64,000 nt of DNA from Azolla caroliniana (taxonomy: Eukaryota; Plantae; Polypodiophyta): contig JBHGNT010000016.1 of the NCBI GenBank assembly GCA_043228905.1, positions 15,128,001-15,192,000 on the forward strand, in the 5' to 3' direction. A program made the translations under genes and the position numbers. The notes below the pieces were generated by a model, which made no database searches, was not told where the DNA came from, and was given only the letters and a program-made list of their open reading frames with translations. Shown in pieces: positions 14,723 through 26,489 of this stretch (the stretch's first letter is position 1; each line of letters starts with the position of its first letter).

Positions 14723-15171
14723 TGTTACCGATTAGGAACACGATCTACAGTGAGTCCTTTGACCTAGACCTCCAAGTGACTGTGAAACAACGAACGGTGG
14801 CATCTGTGCGTAATACGTAGGGGAATGTTCCCTGTAACCTAGCAGTGTATAAGGGAGACGGCTACAACGGAACTCCTTTAACAGTGGCTACACACTCACA
14901 TTGCTTACTTCTACACTCCCAGGTATTACAAGCACACAATAGATTAGCTGTAGCTATACACAGGTATCTAAGAAGATAGAATTCTATTACGATACGCTTC
15001 TTTACATTCCAAAATTACACGCTACCTCTATCAGAGGTTTTCTGCCCTTTATATACACAAGGTCTTTTTAGCCGTTCACGCTTCCTGCGTGAACAGTTAC
15101 ATGCATTACAATCTTATATTCTTTCTTATTCGTACGCTCTTGTCCGTCGGTTACTATTTCAGCGGACAACA
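14723..15171 (-). repeat. 3' LTR of host Gypsy (449 bp)
   Basis: TGTTACCG...GGACAACA; pairs with 38815-39262 with a few percent divergence by eye. Confidence 0.95.
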
Positions 15172-15173
15172 CC

Positions 15174-15212
15174 TGGCACGCCTGTGGGACACTGCCCTGG
15201 CACGTCGGACCC
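15174..15212 (-). promoter_or_regulatory. tRNA 3'-end-like motif (inverted PBS) at the PPT position of the host Gypsy
   Basis: Element-sense sequence GGGTCCGA-CGTGCCAGGGCAGT-GTCCCACAGGCGTGCCA-GG followed by the LTR; no purine tract next to the LTR. Confidence 0.75.
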
Positions 15213-15218
15213 ATCCCG

Positions 15219-17147
15219 TTAATCTTCTTCCCAAATGGCTCGGATGTTTGGCTTTGCTACGGTGTCCGCGTCTGGAGGCGACGTAGGGCCTGTAGGTGCA
15301 TCGTGGTGTGGTTCCCTTGTTTGGTCAGGAGGGCTTCTCCTGGTGTCGTGGTCGTCCTGTGTGGGCGGTCCGGGTACGATGGGCTCTTCTTGGGCTAGTG
15401 GGTTGGGCTCAACCGTCGTCGTGCTTGCGGTCGGTCGCGGCTCTGTCTCAACTGTCACTTCCTCCGTGGTGTCGACCGTTGTTGTACGCTCCGGGGAGTG
15501 GGCTTGCGGTTCCGCTTGGTCCGGAACGTTCTCCGTGTGGTCGGCCAATAGTGTGGGCTCCTGTAGATGGGGCTCCTCTTGGGTAGTGGTTTCGCTGTCT
15601 GGTAATGTGGGGGACTCCGCTCGTTGTTCCGCGTTGTTCACCGTCGTTGTAATTTCTGGTGATTTGCCATGAGGTTCCTCTTCTTCGGCAGTGCCCAGAA
15701 TTGGCGTCGCGATGGATTCCTCATTTGTTCGCGTGCTGCCAGCTTGTGTGATCTGGTGAAATAGCTCCTCCTAGCTTTCACCAAAATCATCTAAGAGCTG
15801 CGCGAGTTCTTTGGAATGTTGGTCCGCTAGCGTGCGATAGTCTTGTGCTAGGTCCTCGCGTACGACCGCAATGCTCTCCTCATTGAGTTTATAGAAACCT
15901 CGACCTTCTTTTCGCCAGTTCTCCCAGTCCGCACTATATGCTTGCAATTCCGTTGCTTGGGCTACCCACGCCATCCATCCTTTGTCTAGCGCCGTTTTCA
16001 ATTGCGCTGTGAACCTCTCCCGATTTGTTTGAAGAAGGATACGCACATTGTCTGTGATGGCCTGGCAACGGTTGCGTGCTTCCTCCACCGACTTCTTGAG
16101 GTTTGCAATTTCTTGTTGACTAACCGCCGCCGCTTCTTCGTACGTGGTCTTCAGGCCCGCCCACAGCTGGGATTCCTTTGCATGGAGTTCTTCTAATTTC
16201 CCCATTTCATTGTTTACGCGGATTTCGAGCTGATGCCTTCTTTCCTGTTTGCCCACCAGCTGCTCATCGAACCATACCTTCTTTTTCTCCAATAAGGTCT
16301 GGAGTCCCGCGATTGCCGCCTCCGATTTCTTCGCTTCCTCCGGTAATTGGGCGTTTTCGTCTTTTGTCCGGATGTGCTGTGCTACCTCCGCAACGAGTTT
16401 CTCTTCAAGGGTTTTTACTACCTTTCGGCCGTTAGCCCGGATCTCCTTTTCCCTGTCTGAGGATTGGCGCAATTCAGCTCGAAGGCGGTCAATTTCTGAT
16501 TCCGCTAGTTGTACGACCCTTTTTGCTTTTGAGGCAATGGCGGTCTGAGCCTCAATTTCTTCCTTCAAGGTGTCGATGGCGTGGTTTGGTGGTGGAGTTG
16601 CCTGTTGCGCCGTAGTCGCGTTAGTTTCCAACTCCGCGATGCGTTCGTTGGCTTTTTGCAGCTCGACTTGGGTCAGTTTCACCTTCTTCTAGACATTCTT
16701 ATATTTAATGGCCATCTCCTTGGCGCCCGTGCTGACCTTTGCCAGTTCCCTATGGACTTCCACTAGGGCCATGTTTAATGGGGGTAGCTCCATCCCCACT
16801 CGGCGTATACCGGCATTCCTCTATCTGACGACTCTAGCTAGCCGGTCCTCATCGTTGCTCTCAACCGTTTGTGTTAGGGCGTGCTCGATCATCTGGCGCT
16901 CCGCATGCTCCTCGACCATTCGTTGTGAGGCCTTTATTTGTTGCATTGTCAGGAATTCCATGAGCTCAAAAGAGGTTCCGAACTGCAAGAGGGCGCTGAA
17001 CTCATGGGCCGTGTTCGGGATATCTGGATATGCCAAAACCTCGCTTTCCGTCGTCAATACGGCTTTCCCTCGTTGTGACTAGGCCGTAATGATCGGCCGT
17101 GGCTCCCGGATGATTTCGAAGGTGGTGTTGGGCTCCGTAGCTGCGGA
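15219..17147 (-). pseudogene. C-terminal part of host accessory coiled-coil ORF (broken by stops)
   Basis: ORFs 16821-17057, 15771-16682 and 15219-15641; WMAWVAQATELQAYSADWENWRKEG aligns with WWTKWATNAAELQLLRADVENRRKEG in 24534-25202. Confidence 0.8.
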
Positions 17148-17585
17148 GCCATTGTTACCGGCCGGCAAGGAGTCCAAAATACGGAGTGAAGGAATTAATT
17201 AGATATGGTTGTAAATGAGCATAGTGTGGACGGACGGACTGGAAACGGTATGCCGTTCCAGATCCGGACGGATCCCGAATAGGTGCGAGAGGCACCGTTT
17301 TGTACTACGGGCCGGAAACCTATTTAAAGGCCCGGACCCCATTGTAATGACAGCGGATAATTAGTAGAGCTTATGTTGTTTATACTTCTGTCTTGATTTC
17401 CGTTCTGTAATCACTGTTATATCTTACGCGTGTAATTAACCAAAACAATCTAATCGTGTAACCTACGTAAGTCGGTGTAATCGTTGAATCTTGATCCTAT
17501 GCCGTAATCACCCTTTGGTGAAGTGTCTCCGTGACACCTTGTGTTAGGCCTTGTCCGGCTAAGCGAATAACACAGTTTTGGCGAC

Positions 17586-18656
17586 CATGCTGATATAATT
17601 GAGGGTCCAGCCCTCGCATGTCTTCGTAGGACCAGGCGAATACGTCGCTAAACTCCGTGAGAAGCTTGATCATCGACGCTTTATCTTCCGGCTTCATTTC
17701 TTTGGCGATGTGTACCGGCTTTGATTCGTCCTTGCTTCCTAGGTTTACTTCTTCGAGCTGGGATGCTTTTACCCGTTGGGATACGGCCATTTCCCGTTCC
17801 AACGCTTCCTGTGCTTGCCGTAATTCCCGAATCGCATCTTTGTCTGGTTCGGCCTCGGTGTCGTCCCGCTGCGGCAAGTATGGCGCTACGGCTTCAGCTA
17901 CGTCAATCTCGAACAGTGGTACGATCTTCGGGTGTTCGTCCAAGTACTGGGCCTCTTCGTCGTCTGCCAATCCTTCAAGCATGTTCACGCATTCCGCATA
18001 CAGCGGTGTGCATTCCTTACCGTTGCTCGTCCGTGGTTGTGTCGGCACCCGGACCTTGGCTTTTCCGCGCCGGAAGGTAATCATATTTTTCCGCCAATTT
18101 TGCTTGATGTGTGCTGTTTTCAACCATGGTCTGCCCAGCAACAGTGGATACGCGCCGTGCGCCTGTAGCTGCAGCACTACAGCCGAGATGTGGAATGTGT
18201 GACCTCCTATGGTGACCTCGTACCGAGCTCGTATCCGCCATCCGTAGCCAGAACGGACATGGCTCCCATTCATGTATACCCAAGGCATCACACGTGCGGA
18301 GGCTTATTACGTTCACCCCGGAACCTCCATCGATTACGGTGCCGGGAAGTTCGTGCCCTTTGACAATAGCTGTAATCGCCGGACTACTAGTGTCTACCAC
18401 CGTCGGTCCTTCCTCCGGATTCGAGAACAGAACTGGTGCCGGTGGAGCTATACCGTCTGTCATGCCCGTTTTTAGTCCTTCCGTAAATCGCGGCACGAGT
18501 TGCAAAAGTCGTCCTAACGGCAGCGTGATCTGACATTCCTGCAGTGCTTGCCATGTCTCGTTTTCTGGGTGGCTACCGCCGGCACTCCCTATGGTATTCG
18601 TCTTTTGCCGTTCCGCGTCCGCGACGTTCCTTTCATTGGCTTCCTTCACCCATTAC
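17586..18656 (-). other. Inverted copy of the element's own protease/pre-RT region next to an assembly gap
   Basis: 17586-18140 is the reverse complement of 18757-19311; contains protease VIDGGSGVNVIS; gag is missing. Confidence 0.9.
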
Positions 18657-18756
18657 NNNNNNNNNNNNNNNNNNNNNNNNNNNNNNNNNNNNNNNNNNNN
18701 NNNNNNNNNNNNNNNNNNNNNNNNNNNNNNNNNNNNNNNNNNNNNNNNNNNNNNNN
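18657..18756. other. Assembly gap (100 N)
   Basis: Run of N. Confidence 1.
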
Positions 18757-21700
18757 AGCTGGGCAGACCATGGTTGAAAACAGCACACATCAAGCAAAAT
18801 TGGCGGAAAAATATGATTACCTTCCGGCGCGGAAAAGCCAAGGTCCGGGTGCCGACACAACCACGGACGAGCAACGGTAAGGAATGCACACCGCTGTATG
18901 GCGGAATGCGTGAACATGCTTGAAGGATTGGCAGACGACGAAGAGGCCCAGTACTTGGACGAACACCCGAAGATCGTACCACTGTTCGAGATTGACGTAG
19001 CTGAAGCCGTAGCGCCATACTTGCCGCAGCGGGACGACACCGAGGCCGAACCAGACAAAGATGCGATTCGGGAATTACGGCAAGCACAGGAAGCGTTGGA
19101 ACGGGAAATGGCCGTATCCCAACGGGTAAAAGCATCCCAGCTCGAAGAAGTAAACCTAGGAAGCAAGGACGAATCAAAGCCGGTACACATCGCCAAAGAA
19201 ATGAAGCCGGAAGATAAAGCGTCGATGATCAAGCTTCTCACGGAGTTTAGCGACGTATTCGCCTGGTCCTACGAAGACATGCGAGGGCTGGACCCTCAAT
19301 TATATCAGCATCAAATCCACTTAGGCAAGGACGCGAAACCAGTGGCGCAACGACGTTACCGAAATGAACCCCAACTACGCCGCCAAAGTAAAGGAGGAAA
19401 TCGACAAACTCCTAAGAGTGGGCTTCATCCGGCCGGTAAAGAAAGCGACGTGGCTGAGCCCCATCGTCGTCGTCCCAAAGAAGAACGGTAAAATCCGTGT
19501 GTGTGTAGATTACAGGAAACTAAATGCCGCCACAATTACGGATGCATTCCCTCTTCCGTTCACGGATGGAGTACTGGATGCCGTCGCCGGCCATGAAGTT
19601 TATAGCTTTTTAGACGGCTTCAGCGGATACAATCAAATCCGGATGCACCCCCGACGACCAGGAGAAGACAGCGTTCGTCACCGAATGGGGGGTGTTTGTG
19701 GCCGAAGTCATGATGTTCGGCCTAAAAACGGCACCAGCAACTTTCCAGCGAATCATCATGGAGATCTTCGGCGAATACATTCCTGCCTTCATGCAAGTTT
19801 TCCTGGATGATTTTGCAGTCTATAGCCGGGGAAAGACCATTTGCAGCACCTACGGTTATGCCTTGAAAAGTGTAGGTTATACCGGGCTAAGCTTAAACCC
19901 AGCGAAATGCATCTTTGGAGTTTCAAGTGGAATATTGCTGGGACACATTGTAAGTAAGGAGGGCATTGCGGTCGACCCGGACAAAGTAAACGCCATACTA
20001 GGGGCACCGGCACCGAAAACAGCCAAAGCACTAAGCCGATTCTTAGGACAGATCCGGTGGCACAGCCGGATGCTCCGGCACTTGGCTGACTTGGCTACAC
20101 CATTACACACCGCGGTACATCGGACACCGTTCCAATGGACGGGATACGGAGGATAAGGCATACAATGCCCTGAAGGTACTTTTATCGCAAGCACCGTCGT
20201 GCAGCCTCCGGATTGGAGCAAGGAATTTCATGTGTTCGTGACGCTTCCGACATCGCTATTGGCAGCGCCTTAATGCAACTTACGGAGCCTAAATGGTACC
20301 GGCCGGTATATTACGCCAGCCGGAAGCTGTCTCAAGCGGAAAGAACTATTCAACGACAGAACGGGGAGGCCCTGGGCATGATCTACAGTGTAACAAAGTT
20401 TCGTCATTACCTATTGGGAAGGAAGTTCTCCTTCCATGTGGATCACTCGGCGCTCCTGTACTTAGTATCCAAGGCGTCCTTGACCGGTAAGTTGGCCCGT
20501 TGGACCTTGCTTTTGCAGGAGTTCGAATTCGAGATCTTCCACCGCCCCGGTATCCAGCATGCCGTAGCAGACTATCTAAGCCGGTTAGAGTCCGGAGAAC
20601 CAGGCGACGGAGTAGCGGATGAATTCCCGGACGCGGAGTTATTCCGTATCACCCCGGAAACGGCAGCAGACGACACGGTGGCATCAGAAGATAAATGGCT
20701 GACAAACATGCACCAGTTCCTAAGCACGGGCCTGCCACCGGAAGAAATGAACCGGGACGAGAGGAAACGACTAGCGGTGCAGAGCCGCAATTTCTGTCTG
20801 TTACGGGACACTCTCTACCACAAAGGAGCAGATGGAATATGGAGACGGGCAGTCCGTAGTGACGAGAAAGAAGTAATCTTACGGGAAGCACACTGTGGGG
20901 TTGCCGGAGGACACTATGCCGGGGGAAGCGACGGCGAGGAAAGTATGGCAGAGCGGCTTATGGTGGCCCACGACGTTAAAAGACGCCGTCAAGTATGCTA
21001 AGGAATGTGACCTATGCCAACGAATGGGCCAGCCTACGGAGCAAGCACGGATGCCACATCAACCGGTACTTCCACTAGAGCCATTCCAGAAGTGGGGGTT
21101 GGATTTTGTCGGACCGTTCAAGCCACCGGCAATGAGAACAGGAAATCGTTATGTCATCGTGGCAACGGATTATTGCACGAAATGGGTGGAAGCTAAGGCC
21201 CTGAGAGACAACACTGCGTCATCCACAGCAAAATTCCTGTACGAAAACATTTGGTGCCGGTATGGATGTCCGATTGAATTAATCAGCGACCAAGGAGGCC
21301 ACTTCCTTGGCCAGGTAGTGGAAAGCTTAACAACGTTCTATGCCGTGGTCCATAAACGAAGCACACCGTACTACCCACAAGCGAACGGGTTAGCAGAGTC
21401 CACCAACAAAACGCTGCAGAACATTCTCCGCAAAATCGTCAATGAAAACCGGACGGACTGGGACACAAAGCTCCATAGCGCGCTATGGGCGTACAGAACG
21501 GCATACAAAACAAGTATCCGGACAACGCCATTCCGGTTAGCATTCGGCTTAGAAGCGGTCATGCCGGTCGAGTTTCAGGTACCAAGCTTACGGATCCAAC
21601 TACGGGAACGGCTGAATGAAAAGAAGTCGGAGGAAATGCGGCTAGCAGCACTATGCGAACTGGAGGAGCAACGGCTGGCTAGCATCCTACACATGGAACT

Positions 21701-22112
21701 GGAGCAACGACGACGGAAAGCGTTCGTTGACCGTCACCGGAAAGGTAATGAGAAGATGTTCGAAATCGGAAAGCCGGTGCTAGTATTCCAAACGAGGATG
21801 GGCAAGATGCCGGGTAAACTCCGGTTCAGATGGACAGGCCCGTATTGGCTGACACGGGAATACAACGGGTCCTATCAGATAGGGACACTTGCCGGTGAAG
21901 TACTAGGCAAGTGGGTGAACGGATTTCGACTAAAGCCCTATAAAGGACCGATGCCAAAGAACCCGTTTATGCAGCTCACCGGCACTACACCGGGATCGGT
22001 ACGGATCGATCCGGAAGAAAAAGACGACGGGGAACCCGTAGCGGAGACGAAGGAAGACACGGCAACCCGTAAGGAAAACGGTAAGGGTCCGAAGGGGCTT
22101 ACGGATGTGTAA
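18757..22112 (+). pseudogene. pol: Gypsy pol (RT-RNase H-integrase) with several 1-bp frameshifts, possibly sequencing errors
   Basis: RVCVDYRKLN, LDGFSGYNQ, VFLDDF, DASDIAIG, HHCC zinc finger, WGLDFVGPF, ISDQG, YYPQANGLAE and GPY motifs across ORFs 18898-22112. Confidence 0.93.
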
Positions 22113-22136
22113 GGTCACACACCGTCATAAATAAAA

Positions 22137-22139
<3 letters not shown>

Positions 22140-22171
<32 letters not shown>

Positions 22172-22298
22172 TAAAAATCGAGGTATGAACGGGTGTGAAA
22201 GCAAGGAGCGAAAAGGTACGTAGTGGGCATTTAAGAGCCGCCACGTACTTAATACTAAATCGGTACACGACGTGCGCATGCTCGAAAAAAAAAAAAAA
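22140..22298 (+). repeat. Poly(A) tracts in the spacer between integrase and the accessory ORF
   Basis: A-runs at ~22140-22166 and ~22285-22298. Confidence 0.85.
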
Positions 22299-22502
22299 GG
22301 CGCCAAGACGCACAGAGAAAAAGAAGAGCGCATGGAGACCTTCTTTTTTCGCGAGCCAAGAAGCACAGAAGCACCAAGGCAGTGGAAGCTGAGCAAACGC
22401 GAACCTGCACGCAGAGAACCCCCGCGCTCAGAACGCTCTCTCTCTCGCTCTCACCCTCAACACCACTCTACTTCGCCATCTTCCCTCGACCTTGAAGCAG
22501 AC

Positions 22503-25202
22503 ATGGAACCACAAACGCTGTCGGAAGCGGCCAGGAAATGGTTCAGGCAAAACGGACTGGAGGGGTTCTTGGCCATCATGGAGGCACCACCGCACAGAGA
22601 AGCCGACCGGGTCATCAAGGAGCTCGCCACAGAGGTCATCACCGAGGAAGCGATCCGCGCGCTAACAGGCCTTCCGGAGGGAGGAATCTTTCAGATCGAT
22701 AACCCAACCTCGGAGCAACTCATCCGATATTTCGGTGAGTACTCTGTTGCCGGCAAAGGCTATCGGACGCAGGGCGGCGAAGATCCGCTATTCAGGGAGA
22801 TAGCTCGAGTGCTCCATGAGTACGGTCACGTGTACCCCCGACCCCCTGTCATGCCAAAAAATCGGGCAGGGATGATCATAGCCACCTATGAAGGGATCAA
22901 GGTGGACTGGCCGGTGTTGATTGCAGACGGTTTGTGCATGGCAATCGACATGGTACGAGGGAAGGACGGCAAGGAGGGCCGGAAGCTGTGGCACGCCGTA
23001 GCTCAATGGATAACATTGCTCGTGCCGCCGGTCGAGACCGTCCAGCCAAAGAAGCGGCCAAGAGTATCGGAAGGAAGCACCTCGAAGCCGGCGTCCAAAC
23101 GACAGCAGCTGCTGGCGTCAAAGGCGACGAGAGGGAAGAAACGGGTCCAAGAACCGGAGGAGGTGTCACCGGTCCCACCCGTCAAGATAACCATACGGAG
23201 ATCGGGACAGAAGGAACCGGAACCCTTGACGGCACAGAAACATGCCGTGACACAGGAAGAGGAAACGGAGGAGCCAGAAGAGCACCTCCAACGACGGTCA
23301 AGAAGTAGGACCGCCGAGACAAGAGGGGAGCGGTCGTACCCGCGAGAGGCAGAAACGCCCCCAACTCAACCTGAGCAAACCACAAGGGAGGAACCGGAAC
23401 CGGGGCGTAGGGAACCGGTCTTGTCGACTTCTATAGAAGAAGTCAGTCCAACGGCTCCGGAGACGGCGAGAACCGGAACTCAACAGCCGGCGAGCCCAGC
23501 CAACACACACGGCGGCCAAGGAGTAGAACCAGAACGGCATATGCAGGCACTTAGGCCAGACAATACCACAGGGAATGAGCCGACCCAACCAGTACAGCAA
23601 CAAGGCACCAATAGCATGTGGCTTCGGTGGGTAGGCGAGCAAATCGCCGGAGTGGTCGAGTATATAGAGGCGGAAGAGAGAGCGCACCAGGAACGGTTGC
23701 TCGTCACAACCGTAGATCTAGAGACGGCCCGGTCCAGAATCCGGAGCCTTGAACAAGACTTGGACAGGGTCACAAGGGAAATGGCTCAAGTGGCTTTGAC
23801 AACACAAGTCCAAGCACCGGTGACTCCGGGCAATGTACAGAATAAAGCGGCAGATCAACCTGTACATAGCAATCAGACCCCGGCAACGGAAACCGTTCCG
23901 GAGAGAAATGCGGCACAAGCCCAAGAGCTTGCGGACTTAAAGGATGAGCTAGCTGCCCAAGAAGCGCTGAGGAGCCGCGAAAGAGAATTGAAGACGGCAG
24001 CGGAAGCGGAACTCAAAAAGACTGCTGAAAATCTACGCCGGGCCGAGGAGAGCTTACGGAAAGGCCACCAAGCGTACGACTGGCTCAAGGAGGAGAAGGA
24101 GAAAATGCTGCAAGAGAAGGAGAGGCTCCGGAGGAACGCCGAAACAGAAGTAGAGCGCCTGAAAGAGGAACTCCGGCAGGTAAAGGACCGGGAAGACCGG
24201 AACCATCGCCAGATCAATGGCAAGCTCAAACAAAAAACGGAGGAATTTGAGCAATTGCACCGGGAGTATAAACGGTTGCAAACGGAGCACAAGGAGCGGA
24301 CGGATGAGCTCCGGCAAGCAGTTGATCGGACCGCAACCGCATTCGCCAAGGAACAAGCGGAAAACAGAAGACGGTTGGAAGAGGCGGAGAAGGTTCAGAC
24401 AGAGCTCCTCAGGCAACAGCAGGCGGAAAAAGAAAGAGCGGCGGAGGTACTGCAGAGGCTGCAAACGACATATCAAGGGCAGCTGACGTGCTACAGAGAG
24501 TAGGCAGAGGATACGGCAAATCTCATCAAGCAGTTGAAGGAGGAGCGACACGTGGTGGAAAGCAGAGCACAAATGGGAGCAAGTCGCATCCAGGATATAA
24601 TGCGGGCCTGGTTGAACCAGACCAAGAGCTTGATTGACAACGGTTCCGTCAAATGGTGGACCAAGTGGGCCACGAACGCGGCGGAACTCCAATTGCTCCG
24701 GGCTGACGTAGAGAACCGGCGGAAGGAGGGAGATGATTGCTATATGCTGACTTCCGAAGACTTCACCGGCATAAGAGATGAGCTTGCCGAAGACTTTCAA
24801 GCCTTGGCAGAGGACCAACTAGAGCAAGTCCGGCAACTTGTAGCTCAGCTGGACGACGACAGGCTGGAGGCGCAGATCCAGTTTGAAAGCTACGAGAGGT
24901 CCCGGATCCGGGGAGAGAAAGAACGAGAACCAGTTACGGTCAACCTCAGTGATGAGGAACCGTTACTGGAAGGAGACCGGACCGGAAGCAGTCAAACGGA
25001 GATGCCGGAGCCAGAGAGACAAACGGAGCAGCCGGAGTCAGCGAAACAAACGGAGCAGCAGCAGCAAGCAGAGCAGCCGGAACAGCCTCAGTCCCAACCG
25101 CAACCACAGCAGCAGCAGCAAGCACAGCCGCAACAACCACAACCGGAAGAACAAGTGGAAATTCTTGAACAAACTATTTTGGACAATTTGGGTGAACAAT
25201 GA
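22503..25202 (+). CDS. Retrotransposon accessory protein (~899 aa; N-terminal globular domain, disordered linker, long coiled coil, conserved C-terminal block), with one in-frame TAG at 24501
   Basis: ORFs 22272-24503 and 24534-25202 are in the same frame; the start MEPQTLSEAARKWF aligns with host MPIFISTVLRRWL. Confidence 0.8.
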
Positions 25203-25214
25203 AGGGGCCGAGAA

Positions 25215-25252
25215 GGGTTCGACGTACAAGGTACTGTCCCACGGGCGTGCCA
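25215..25252 (+). promoter_or_regulatory. tRNA 3'-end-like motif (inverted PBS) at the PPT position of the nested Gypsy
   Basis: GGGTTCGA-CGTACAAGGTACT-GTCCCACGGGCGTGCCA-TG followed by the LTR. Confidence 0.75.
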
Positions 25253-25679
25253 TGTGTTACCGGCCGGCAAGGAGTCCAAAATACGGAGTGAAGGAATTAA
25301 TTAGATATGGTTGTAAATGAGCATAGTGTGGACGGACGGACTGGAAACGGTATGCCGTTCCAGATCCGGACGGATCCCGAATAGGTGCGAGAGGCACCGT
25401 TTTGTACTACGGGCCGGAAACCTATTTAAAGGCCCGGACCCCATTGTAATGACAGCGGATAATTAGTAGAGCTTATGTTGTTTATACTTCTGCCTTGATT
25501 TCCGTTCTGTAATCACTGTTATATCTTACGCGTGTAATTAACCAAAGCAATCTAATCGTGTAACCTACGTAAGTCGGTGTAATCGTTGAATCTTGATCCT
25601 ATGCCGTAATCACCCTTTGGTGAAGTGTCTCCGTGACACCTTGTGTTAGGCCTTGTCCGGCTAAGCGAATAACAGCCAT

Positions 25680-26481
25680 CGCCTTCGGTCGTTGTCTCTA
25701 CCACCGTGGGGACGTCCTTGACTAATCCCCGCCCATCTTTCCTGTCCAATGTTCGCCGTTTCAGTCTGGGGCTATCCTGCCGTGTTTCGGCGTCTGGCTC
25801 TGAGGCTGCTTCCGCGGAGCGTGCCGCCTGTTCTTCCTGCATTGTCCGTGTGTCAGATTGCGTGGGTTGGGGTTCCTCTTCCCACTATGTGGCAGCTAAC
25901 TCCGCTAACCTGCGCTTCGCGGATCGGGGCGGAGGCGTGGGTCTGCTGGGCTGCGGTGCTGGCAGGCCTCGAGGTGGGAACAACACCGTCGGGTACTGTT
26001 GTATGATCGGCCTGAGCTTCTTGCCTCCCTGATACGCATGCAGGCCTTCCCTTAACGCCGACCCCGTGATGACCCCCCAATCGACGGTACGCCCTTCAAA
26101 GGTATCAGTAATGATACCCACCTTCTGCTTGGGCATCCCATATGCGTTGACGTGTACGCATCCGACCTCTAATAGGAACTTGGCGACTTCACAGAAGAAG
26201 GGATCCGGGATCTGCTTCGTTCTATAGGCCTTAGCAGAGGAGGAATATGGGCCGAAATATCTCTGCAGTGCCTCCGTAGGAGGGATTTCGAAATGCCTCT
26301 CGCCTAGTGATGATAGGTCCAACTTTTTCCGGATGGGAGAGTTGGTGACCGTGTCGATATTAAGTTTTCTGGCGATGTCCATCGCATCCGGGTGTGGAGG
26401 TGCCTCTGTGACTCGGATGTACCCATCTAGGCGTTTCTCCACGAGCCATCGGCGTAAGACGGTAGAGATAAAGATCGGCAT
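25680..26481 (-). pseudogene. N-terminal part of host accessory ORF
   Basis: EAPPHPDA, RYFGPYSSSAKAYRT, DPFFCEVAKFL and EGRTVDWGV align with EAPPHREA, RYFGEYSVAGKGYRT, DPLFREIARVL and EGIKVDWPV. Confidence 0.85.
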
Positions 26482-26489
26482 CGCCAGTA

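Larger units (their letters stand above)
17153..25674 (+). mobile_element. Young nested Ty3/Gypsy element
   Basis: 420-bp LTRs 17153-17572 and 25255-25674 (2 mismatches noticed); TSD GCCAT; PBS TGGCGACCA at 17579-17587. Confidence 0.95.

Noticed and set aside
22503-25202. env gene
   Set aside because: No signal peptide or transmembrane segment is apparent; the protein is charged coiled coil.
25201-25217. Purine-rich run as the PPT of the nested Gypsy
   Set aside because: It lies ~38 nt from the LTR, is interrupted by CC and is not matched in the host element; kept only as an alternative hypothesis.
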